Source of the DNA: Lingula anatina
Taxonomy: Eukaryota; Animalia; Brachiopoda
Length of the DNA: 64,000 bases
Assembly: GCA_051362555.1 (NCBI GenBank)
Contig: CM120641.1
Location: 31,316,401 to 31,380,400 of the forward strand
Reading direction: 5' to 3'
The position numbers were made by a program, and so were the translations under genes. Positions 53,001 through 64,000 of this stretch are shown here, in pieces (position 1 is the first letter of the stretch; the number at the start of each line of letters is the position of its first letter). Below the pieces are notes generated by a model. That model did not search any database and was not told the DNA's origin. It worked only from the letters and a program-made list of their open reading frames with translations.

Positions 53001-56000
53001 AACAAACTCAAATCATAATATTTGATGTTTAATGTGAGTCTAATTAGATATTGTGAAATTGAAAAAAAAATATTGTAGATAATTCTCACTCTTCGCATAC
53101 AAAATGTCAAACAACTACAATTCTATCACACACTGTCAACTGTTAAGCTTATCACAGATTTTTGTTATTGCTAAGCATCATCTCTCCAAATTTCACAAAT
53201 ATTGAACAAGTTTTGTGAAAATAATTTATGTTTAACTATTTTAAGGCACCGCATTTTGCAGTCTTTTCAATGTTATTTTCCCTTTTCTCAATTTTATTGT
53301 CCAAAAAAATCTTTTTTATGAGACACAGGCAATTGATGAGCTTATCACAGATTTTTATTGTTGATATGCATCATCTATCCAAATTTCACAAATATTAGAC
53401 AAGATTTACGAAAATTATTAACGTTTAACTATTTTAAGCCATGGAATTTGGCAGTCGTTTCAGTGTTATTTTCAGTTTTCTCAAATTTATTGTCCAAAAA
53501 AAATCTTTTTCATGAGACACAGTCAACTGATGAGCTTATCACAGATTTTCACAGATTTTTATTGTTGTTATGCATCATCTATCTAAATTTCACAAATATT
53601 AGACAAGATTTGTGAAAATTATTAACGTTTAACTATTTTAAGGCACCGCATTTTGCAGTCTTTTCAATGTCATTTTCCGTTTTTCTCAGTTTTATTGTCC
53701 AAAAAAATCTTTTTTATGAGACACAGGCAACTGATGAGCTTATCACAGATTTTTATTTTTGATATGCATCATCTATCCAAATTTCACAAATATTAGACAA
53801 GATTTGTGAAAATTATTAACGTTTAACTATTTTAAGCCATGGAATTTGGCAGTCGTTTCAGTGTTTTTTTCAGTTTTCTCAAAATTATTGTCCAAAAAAA
53901 AAATCTTTTTCATGAGACACAGTCAACTGATGAGCTTATCACAGATTTTTATTGTTCTTATGCATCATCTATCCAAATTTCACAAATATTAGACAAGATT
54001 TGTGAAAATTATTAACGTTTAACTATTTTAAGCCATGGAATTTGGCGGTCTTTTCAATGTCATTTTCAGTTTTCTCACATTTATATGCTCTGAAAAATGT
54101 TTTTCATGAGATGCAGTCAACTGATGAGCTTATCACAGATTTTGATTATTGTTATGCATCATCTGTCCAAATTTCACAAATCTTGAACAAATTTTGTGAA
54201 AATTATTAACGTTTAACTATTTTAAGGCACCTCATTTTGCAGTCTTTTCAATGTCATTTTCTGTTTTCTCAATTTTATTGTCCAAAAAAATATTTTTTAT
54301 GAGACACAGTCAACTGATGAGCTTATCACAGACTTTTATTTTTGATATGCATCATCTATCCAAATTTCACAAATATTAGACAAGATTTGTGAAAATTATT
54401 AACGTTTAACTATTTTAAGCCATGGAATTTGGCAGTCGTTTCAGTGTTATTTTCAGTTTTCTCAAATTTATTGTCCAAAAAAAAATCTTTTTCATGAGAC
54501 ACAGTCAACTGATGAGCTTATCACAGATTTTTATTGTTCTTATGCATCATCTATCCAAATTTCACAAATATTAGACAAGATTTGTGAAAATTATTAACGT
54601 TTAACTATTTTAAGCCATGGAATTTGGCAGTCTTTTCAATGTCATTTTCAGTTTTCTCACATTTATATGCTCTGAAAAATGTTTTTCATGAGATGCAGTC
54701 AACTGATGAGCTTATCACAGATTTTGATTATTGTTATGCATCATCTGTCCAAATTTCACAAATCTTGAACAAATTTTGTGAAAATTATTAACGTTTAACT
54801 ATTTTAAGGCACCTCATTTTGCAGTCTTTTCAATGTCATTTTCTGTTTTCTCAATTTTATTGTCCAAAAAAATCTTTTTTATGAGACACAGTCAACTGAT
54901 GAGCTTATCACAGATTTTTATTGTTGTTATGCATCATCTATCCAAATTTCACAAATATTAGACAAGATTTGTGAAAATTATTAACGTTTAACTATTGTAA
55001 GCCATGGAATTTGGCAGTCTTTTCAATGTCATTTTCAGTTTTCTCACATTTATATGCTCTGAAAAATGTTTTTCATGAGATGCAGTCAACTGATGAGCTT
55101 ATCACAGATTTTTATTATTGTTATGCATCATCTGTCCAAATTTCACAAATATTGGACAAGATTTGTGAAAATTATTAACGTTTAACTATTTCAAGCCATG
55201 GAATTTGGCAGTCTTTTCAATGTCATTTTCAGTATTTCTCAAATTTATTTGTTCTGAAAATGTCCTTTTTATTAGGCATAGTAAACTGTTTAGGTTAAGT
55301 TTATCAAAATTATTGTTCAACTTTTTTAATGTGGGAAATTTGTCAATTTTTAGAATTCAATTTTCACTTTTATCAAACATATTGTTCTTTTTCTAGGTGA
55401 CATTTTCCATACAGCGTGATGGATTTTTTGGTGAACTGATTCTTCCTGTCTGGTCAGGGCTAATTCCTATAGAAAAAACAGACAGCAAAAGACAACAGCA
55501 AGAGCAATGCTATGTCTCATCCATGTGTACAATAGATGGTATATGGCAAGCTTTAGGACATAGTCAAATGGTGTGCTAAACCCTATTCCAGAAACCGATT
55601 GTAAGGAGGAATCTGCATCTGGTATTGGTAGTAAGGAGATGTCTTAAATGGGTATATATTCTTTTCCAGAGGCCAATTATGGGTAATTTGTCACCTCTTA
55701 CACAAACAAACTCAAATCATAATATTTGATGTTTAATGTGAGTCTAATTAGATGTTGTGAAATTTAAAAAAAAATATTGTAGATAATTCTCACTCTTCGC
55801 ATACAAAATGTCAAACAACTACAATTCTATCACACACTGTCAACTGTTAAGCTTATCACAGATTTTTGTTATTGCTAAGCATCATCTCTCCAAATTTCAC
55901 AAATATTGAACAAGTTTTGTGAAAATTATTTATGTTTAACTATTTCAAGGCACCGCATTTTGCAGTCTTTTCAATGTCATTTTCTGTTTTCTCAATTTTA

Positions 56001-58106
56001 TTGTCCAAAAAAATCTTTTTTATGAGACACAGTCAACTGATGAGCTTATCACAGATTTTTATTGTTCTTATGCATCATCTATCCAAATTTCACAAATATT
56101 AGACAAGATTTGTGAAAATTATTTACGTTTAACTATTTCAAGACATGGAATTTGGCAGTCTTTTCAATGTCATTTTCAGTATTTCTCAAATTTATATGTT
56201 CTGAAAATGTCCTTTTTATTAGACATAGTCAACTGTTTAGGTTAAGTTTATCAATATTATTGTTCAACTATTTTAATGTGGGAAATTTGTCAATTTTTAG
56301 AATTTAATTTTCACTTTTATCAAACATATTGTTCTTTTTCTAGGTGACCTTTTCCATACAGCGTGATGGCTTTTTTGGTGAACTGATTCTTCCTGTCTGG
56401 TCAGGGCTAATTCCTATAGAAAAAACAGACAGCAAAAGACAACAGCAAGAGCAATGCTATGTCTCATCCATGTTTACAATAGATGGTATATGGCAAGCTT
56501 TAGGACATTGTCAAATGGTGTGCTAAACCCTATTCCAGAAACCGATTGTAAGGAGGAATCTGCATCTGGTATTGGTAGTAAGGAGATGTCTTAAATGGGT
56601 ATATATTCTTTTCCAGAGGCCAATTATGGGTAATTTGTCACCTCTTACACAAACAAACTCAAATCATAATATTTGATGTTTAATGTGAGTCTAATTAGAT
56701 ATTGTGAAATTGAAAAAAAAATATTGTAGATAATTCTCACTCTTCGCATACAAAATGTCAAACAACTACAATTCTATCACACACTGTCAACTGTTAAGCT
56801 TATCACAGATTTTTGTTATTGCTAAGCATCATCTCTCCAAATTTCACAAATATTGAACAAGTTTTGTGAAAATAATTTATGTTTAACTATTTTAAGGCAC
56901 CGCATTTTGCAGTCTTTTCAATGTCATTTTCCCTTTTCTCAATTTTATTGTCCAAAAAAATCTTTTTTATGAGACACAGGCAATTGATGAGCTTATCACA
57001 GATTTTTATTTTTGATATGCATCATCTATCCAAATTTCACAAATATTAGACAAGATTTGTGAAAATTATTAACGTTTAACTATTTTAAGCCATGGAATTT
57101 GTCAGTCTTTTCAATGTCATTTTCAGTTTTCTCACATTTATATGCTCTGAAAAATGTTTTTCATGAGACACAGTCAACTGATGAGCTTATCACAGATTTT
57201 TATTGTTGATATGCATCATCTATCCAAATTTCACAAACATTAGACAAGTTTTGTGAAAATTATTAACGTTTAACTATTTTAAGCCATGGAATTTGGCAGT
57301 CTTTTCAATGTCATTTTCAGTTTTCTCACATTTATATGCCCTGAAAAATGTTTTTCATGAGATGCAGTCAACTGATGAGCTTATCACAGATTTTTATTAT
57401 TGTTAAGCATCATCTCTCCAAATTTCACAAATATTGAACAGGTTTTGTGAATATTATTAACATTTAACTATTTTAAGGCACCGCATTTTGCAGTCTTCTC
57501 AGTGTCATTTTCAATTTTCTCAAATTTATTGTCCAAAAAAATCTTTTTAATGAGACACAGTCAACTGATGAGCTTATCACAGATTTGTATTGTTGTTATG
57601 CATCATCTATCCAAATTTCATAAATATTAAACAAGATTTGTGAAAATTATTAACGTTAAACTATCTTAAGCCATGGAATTTGGCAGTCTTTTCAATGTCA
57701 TTTTCAGTTTTCTCACATTTATATGCTCTGAAAAATGTTTTTCATGAAACACAGTCAACTGATGAGCTTATCACAGATTTGTATTATTGTTATGCAATTA
57801 TGATTTTGATTATTGTTTTGCATCATCTGTCCAAATTTCACAAATCTTGAACAAATTTTGTGAAAATTATTAACGTTTAACTATTTTAAGGCACCGCATT
57901 TTGCAGTCTTTTCAATGTCATTTTCTGTTTTCTCAATTTTATTGTCCAAAAAAATCTTTTTTATGAGACACAGTCAACTGATGAGCTTATCACAGATTTT
58001 TATTGTTGATATGCATCATCTATCCAAATTTCACAAATATTAGACAAGATTTGTGAAAATTATTAACGTTAAACTATTTTAAGCAATGGAATTTGGCAGT
58101 CTTTTC

Positions 58107-59166
58107 GTTTATAATTTTCACAAATCTTGTCTAATATTTGTGAAATTTGGATAGATGATGCATAAGAACAATAAAAATCTGTGATAAGCTCATCAGTTGA
58201 CTGTCTCTCATGAAAAAGATTTTTTTTTTGGACAATAAATTTGAGAAAACTGAAAATAACACTGAAACCACTGCCAAATTCCATGGCTTAAGATAGTTAA
58301 ACGTTAATAATTTTCCCAAATCTTGTCTAATATTTGTGAAATTTGGATAGATGATGCATAAGAACAATAAAAATCTGTGATAAGCTCATCAGTTGACTGT
58401 GTCTCATAAAAAAGATTTTTTTGGACAATAAAATTGAGAAAAGGGAAAATGACATTGAAAAGACTGCAAAATGCGGTGCCTTAAAATAGTTAAACATAAA
58501 TTATTTTCACAAAACTTGTTCAATATTTGTGAAATTTGGAGAGATGATGCTTAGCAATAACAAAAATCTGTGATAAGCTTAACAGTTGACAGTGTGTGAT
58601 AGAAATGTAGTTGTTTGACATTTTGTATGCGAAGAGTGAGAATTATCTACAATATTTTTTTTTCAATTTCACAACATCTAATTAGACTCACATTAAACAT
58701 CAAATATTATGATTTGAGTTTGTTTGTGTAAGAGGTGACAAATTACCCATAATTGTCCTCTGGAAAAGAATATATACCCATTTAAGACATCTCCTTACTA
58801 CCAATACCAGATGCAGATTCCTCCTTACGATCGGTTTCTGGAATAGGGTTTAGCACACCATTTGACAATGTCCTAAAGCTTGCCATATACCATCTATTGT
58901 AAACATGGATGAGACATAGCATTGCTCTTGCTGTTGTCTTTTGCTGTCTGTTTTTCCTATAGGAATTAGCCCTGACCAGACAGGAAGAATCAGTTCACCA
59001 AAAAAGCCATCACGCTGTATGGAGAAGGTCACCTAGAAAAAGAACAATATGTTTGATAAAAGTGAAAATTGAATTCTAAAAATTGACAAATTTCCCACAT
59101 TAAAAAAGTTGAAGCTAAACAGTTGACTATGTCTAATAAAAACGACATTTTCAGAACATATAAATT
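58107..59166 (-). other. ~1.06-kb inversion inside the satellite array, including one cassette
   Basis: The sequence switches to reverse complement after cttttc (58106). The cassette ORF is on the minus strand at 58850..59032. Forward monomers resume at about 59186. Confidence 0.95.
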
Positions 59167-62100
59167 ATGGAAAAATATAAATTATATTGAAAAAGATTTG
59201 TGAAAATTATTAACGTTTAACTATTTTAAGCCATGGAATTTGGCAGTCTTTTCTATGTCATTTTCAGTTTTCTCACATTTATATGCTCTGAAAAATGTTT
59301 TTCATGAGATGCAGTCAACTGATGAGCTTATCACAGATTTTGATTATTGTTATGCATCATCTGTCCAAATTTCACAAATCTTGAACAAATTTTGTGAAAA
59401 TTATTAACGTTTAACTATTTAAAGGCACCGCATTTTGCAGTCTTTTCAATGTCATTTTCTGTTTTCTCAATTTTATTGTCCAAAAAAATCTTTTTTATGA
59501 GACACAGTCAACTGATGAGCTTATCACAGATTTGTATTGTTGTTATGCATCATCTATCCAAATTTCACAAACATTAGACAAGATTTGTGAAAATTATTAA
59601 CGTTTAACTATTTTAAGCCATGGAATTTGGCAGTCTTTTCAATGTCATTTTTAGTTTTCTCACATTTATATGCCCTGAAAAATGTTTTATATGAGATGCA
59701 GTCAACTGATGAGCTTATCACAGATTTTGATTATTGTTATGCATCATCTGTCCAAATTTCACAAATCTTGAACAAGATCTGTGAAAATTATTAACGTTTA
59801 ACTATTTCAAGCCATGGAATTTGGCAGTCTTCTCAGTGTCATTTTTAATTTTCTCAAATTTATTGTCCAAAAAATCTTTTTAATGAGACACAGTCAACTG
59901 ATGAGCTTATCACAGATTTTTATTGTTGTTATGCATCATCTATCCAAATTTCACAAATATTAGACAAGATTTGTGAAAATTATTAACGTTAAACTATTTT
60001 AAGCAATGGAATTTGGCAGTCTTTTCAATGTCATTTTCAGTTTTCTCACATTTATATGCTCTGAAAAATGTTTTTCATGAAACACAGTCAACTGATGAGC
60101 TTATCACAGATTTTTATTGTTGATATGCATCATCTATCCAAATTTCACAAACATTAGACAAGATTTGTGAAAATTATTAACGTTTAACTATTTTAAGCCA
60201 TGGAATTTGGCAGTCTTTTCAATGTCATTTTCAGTTTTCTCACATTTATATGCTCTGAAAAATGTTTTTCATGAAACACAGTCAACTGATGAGCTTATCA
60301 CAGATTTTTATTATTGTTATGCATCAAGTATTCAAATTTCACAAATCTTGAAAAAGATTTGTGAAAATTATTAACGTTTAACTATTTTAAGCCATGGAAT
60401 TTGGCAGTCTTTTCTATGTCATTTTCAGTTTTCTCACATTTATATGCTCTGAAAAATGTTTTTCATGAGATGCAGTCAACTGATGAGCTTATCACAGATT
60501 TTTATTATTGTTATGCATCAAGTATCCAAATTTCACAAATCTTGAACAAATTTTGTGAAAATTATTAACATTTAACTATTTTAAGGCACCGCATTTTGCA
60601 GTCTTCTCAGTGTCATTTTCAATTTTCTCAAATTTATTGTCCAAAAAAATCCTTTTAATGAGACACAGTCAACTGATGAGCTTATCACAGATTTGTATTG
60701 TTGTTATGCATCATCTATCCAAATTTCACAAATATTAAACAAGATTTGTGAAAATTATTAACGTTAAACTATTTTAAGCCATGGAATTTGGCAGTCTTTT
60801 CAATGTCATTTTCAGTTTTCTCACATTTACATGCTCTGAAAAATGTTTTTCATGTGATGCAGTCAACTGATGAGCTTATCACAGATTTTGATTATTGTTT
60901 TGCATCATCTGTCCAAATTTCACAAATCTTGAACAAATTTTGTGAATATTATTAACATTTAACTATTTTAAGGCACCGCATTTTGCAGTCTTCTCAGTGT
61001 CATTTTCAATTTTCTCAAATTTATTGTCCAAAAAAATCCTTTTAATGAGACACAGTCAACTGATGAGCTTATCACAGATTTGTATTGTTGTTATGCATCA
61101 TCTATCCAAATTTCACAAATATTAAACAAGATTTGTGAAAATTATTAACGTTAAACTATTTTAAGCCATGGAATTTGGCAGTCTTTTCAATGTCATTTTC
61201 AGTTTTCTCACATTTATATGCTCTGAAAAATGTTTTTCATGAAACACAGTCAACTGATGAGCTTATCACAGATTTTTATTATTGTTATGCATCAAGTATC
61301 CAAATTTCACAAATCTTGAAAAAGATTTGTGAAAATTATTAACGTTTAACTATTTTAAGCCATGGAATTTGGCAGTCTTTTCTATGTCATTTTCAGTTTT
61401 CTCACATTTATATGCTCTGAAAAATGTTTTTCATGAGATGCAGTCAACTGATGAGCTTATCACAGATTTTGATTATTGTTATGCATCATCTGTCCAAATT
61501 TCACAAATCTTGAACAAATTTTGTGAAAATTATTAACGTTTAACTATTTTAAGGCACCGCATTTTGCAGTCTTTTCAATGTCATTTTCTGTTTTCTCAAT
61601 TTTATTGTCCAAAAAAATCTTTTTTATGAGACACAGTCAACTGATGAGCTTATCACAGATTTTTATTGTTCTTATGAATCATCTATCCAAATTTCACAAA
61701 TATTAGACAACATTTGTGAAAATTATTTACGTTTAACTATTTCAAACCATGGAATTTGGCAGTCTTTTCAATGTCATTTTCAGTATTTCTCAAATTTATA
61801 TGTTCTGAAAATGTCCTTTTTATTAGACATAGTCAACTGTTTAGGTTAAGTTTATCAAAATTATTGTTCAACTATTTTAATGTGGGAAATTTGTCAATTT
61901 TTAGAATTTAATTTTCACTTTTATCAAACATATTGTTCTTTTTCTAGGTGACCTTTTCCATACAGCGTGATGGATTTTTTGGTGAACTGATTCTTCCTGT
62001 CTGGTCAGGGCTAATTCCTATAGGAAAAACAGACAGCAAAAGACAACAGCAAGAGCAATGCTATGTCTCATCCATGTTTACAATAGATGGTATATGGCAA

Positions 62101-64000
62101 GCTTTAGGACATTGTCAAATGGTGTGCTAAACCCTATTCCAGAAACCGATTGTAAGGAGGAATCTGCATCTAGTATTGGTAGTAAGGAGATGTCTTAAAT
62201 GGGTATATATTTTTTTCCAGAGGACAATTATGGGTAATTTGTCACCTCTTACACAAACAAACTCAAATCATAATATTTGATGTTTAATGTGAGTCTAATT
62301 AGATGTTGTGAAATTGAAAAAAAAATATTGTAGATAATTTTCACTCTTCGCATACAAAATGTCAAACAACTACAATTCTACCACACACTGTCAACTGTTA
62401 AGCTTATCACAGATTTTTGTTATTGCTAAGCATCATCTCTCCAAATTTCACAAATATTGAACAAGTTTTGTGAAAATTATTTATGTTTAACTATTTTAAG
62501 GCACCGCATTTTGCAGTCTTTTCAATGTCATTTTCCGTTTTCTTAAATTTATTGTCCAAAAAAATCTTTTTTATGAGACACAGTCAACTGATGAGCTTAT
62601 CACAGATTTTTATTGTTGATATGCATCATCTATCCAAATTTCACAAATATTAGACAAGATTTGGGAAAATTATTAACGTTTAACTATTTTAAGCCATGGA
62701 ATTTGGCAGTCTTTTCAATGTCATTTTCAGTTTTCTCACATTTATATGCCCTGAAAAATGTTTTTCATGAGACACAGTCAACTGATGAGCTTATCACAGA
62801 TTTTTATTGTTCTTATGCATCATCTATCCAAATTTCACAAATATTAGACAAGATTTGTGAAAATTATTAACGTTAAACTATTTTAAGCCATGGAATTTGG
62901 CAGTCTTTTCAATGTCATTTTCAGTTTTCTCACATTTATATGCTCTGAAAAATGTTTTTCATGAAACACAGTCAACTGATGAGCTTATCACAGATTTTTA
63001 TTGTTGATATGCATCATCTATCCAAATTTCACAAACATTAGACAAGATTTGTGAAAATTATTAACGTTTAACTATTTTAAGCCATGGAATTTGGCAGTCT
63101 TTTCAATGTCATTTTCAGTTTTCTCACATTTATATGCCCTGAAAAATGTTTTTCATGAGATGCAGTCAACTATCCAAATTTCACAAACATTACACAAGAT
63201 TTGTGAAAATTATTAACGTTTAACTATTTTAAGCCATGGAATTTGGCAGTCTTTTCAATGTCATTTTCAGTTTTCTCACATTTATATGCCCTGAAAAATG
63301 TTTTTCATGAGATGCAGTCAACTGATGAGCTTATCACAGATTTTTATTATTGTTAAGCATCATCTCTCCAAATTTCACAAATATTGAACAGGTTTTGTGA
63401 ATATTATTAACATTTAACTATTTTAAGGCACCGCATTTTGCAGTCTTCTTCGTGTTATTTTCAATTTTCTCAAATTTATTGTCCAAAAAAATCTTTTTAA
63501 TGAGACACAGTCAACTGATGAGCTTATCACAGATTTGTATTATTGTTATGCATCATCTATCCAAATTTCACAAATATTAAACAAGATTTGTGAAAATTAT
63601 TAACGTTAAACTATTTTAAGCCATGGAATTAGGCAGTCTTTTCAATGTCATTTTCAGTTTTCTCACATTTATATGCTCTGAAAAATGTTTTTCATGAAAC
63701 ACAGTCAACTGATGAGCTTATCACAGATTTTGATTATTGTTATGCATCATCTATCCAAAATTATTAACGTTTAACTATTTTAAGGCACCACATTTTGCAG
63801 TCTTTTCAATGTCATTTTCCGTTTTTCTCAATTTTATTGTCCAAAAAAATCTTTTTTATGAGACACAGGCAACTGATGAGCTTATCTCAGATTTTTATTA
63901 TTGTTAAGCATCATCTCTCCAAATTTCACAAATATTGAACAGGTTTTGTGAATATTATTAACATTTAACTATTTTAAGGCACCGCATTTTGCAGTCTTCT

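Larger units (their letters stand above)
21570..64000 (+). repeat. Composite satellite array: ~193-194-bp AT-rich monomers interspersed with 20 copies of a ~760-bp cassette; runs off the window end
   Basis: Monomer landmarks (gccatgg or gcaccgc) fall at 23100, 23295, 23488 and 23682. Cassette cores start at 21751, 26013, 26965, 29660, 31190, 33303, 35416, 37529, 39448, 40785, 42704, 44041, 45567, 47487, 51164, 52693, 55397, 56344, 59032 (minus strand) and 61948. Confidence 0.98.

Noticed and set aside
26013-62130. Tandem gene family encoding a 60-aa peptide (MTFSIQRDG...)
   Set aside because: The 'start' is a GTG right after an AG acceptor, not an ATG. Differences I could see among amplified copies are about six non-synonymous against three synonymous, which gives no clear sign of purifying selection. 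Identity reflects recent amplification.
25815-62870. Hydrophobic 60-85-aa ORFs in satellite monomers
   Set aside because: These are chance frames in T-rich repeat DNA that open or close with single indels.
21570-64000. CRISPR-like array (palindromic repeats with interspersed spacers)
   Set aside because: Repeats are ~194 bp and directly adjacent, the interspersed segments are near-identical instead of unique, no cas genes are present and the context is eukaryotic.

Overview
This is eukaryotic, AT-rich, repeat-dominated DNA, probably from a marine invertebrate (a stylistic guess that cannot be proven from the window). I find no intact protein-coding gene, RNA gene or CRISPR array. The first ~21.5 kb is a patchwork of mobile-element relics. 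These include a Helentron/HINE-like element built from 146-bp repeats rich in nuclear-receptor motifs, interrupted by a 5'-truncated Rex1/Babar-type LINE. There is also a decayed L2 LINE, a TTA-flanked ~1.1-kb TIR element, several MITEs, a 30-bp minisatellite and an intron-containing hAT (ZNF862-like) transposase pseudogene. From ~21.6 kb to the window end is a >42-kb composite satellite. Its ~193-194-bp palindrome-rich monomers are interrupted 20 times by a ~760-bp cassette carrying a splice-site-bounded ~285-bp exon-like segment. The array has exact higher-order periods (2113 bp, 3256 bp), a diverged left edge and a ~1.06-kb internal inversion whose junctions lie next to the monomer hairpin.
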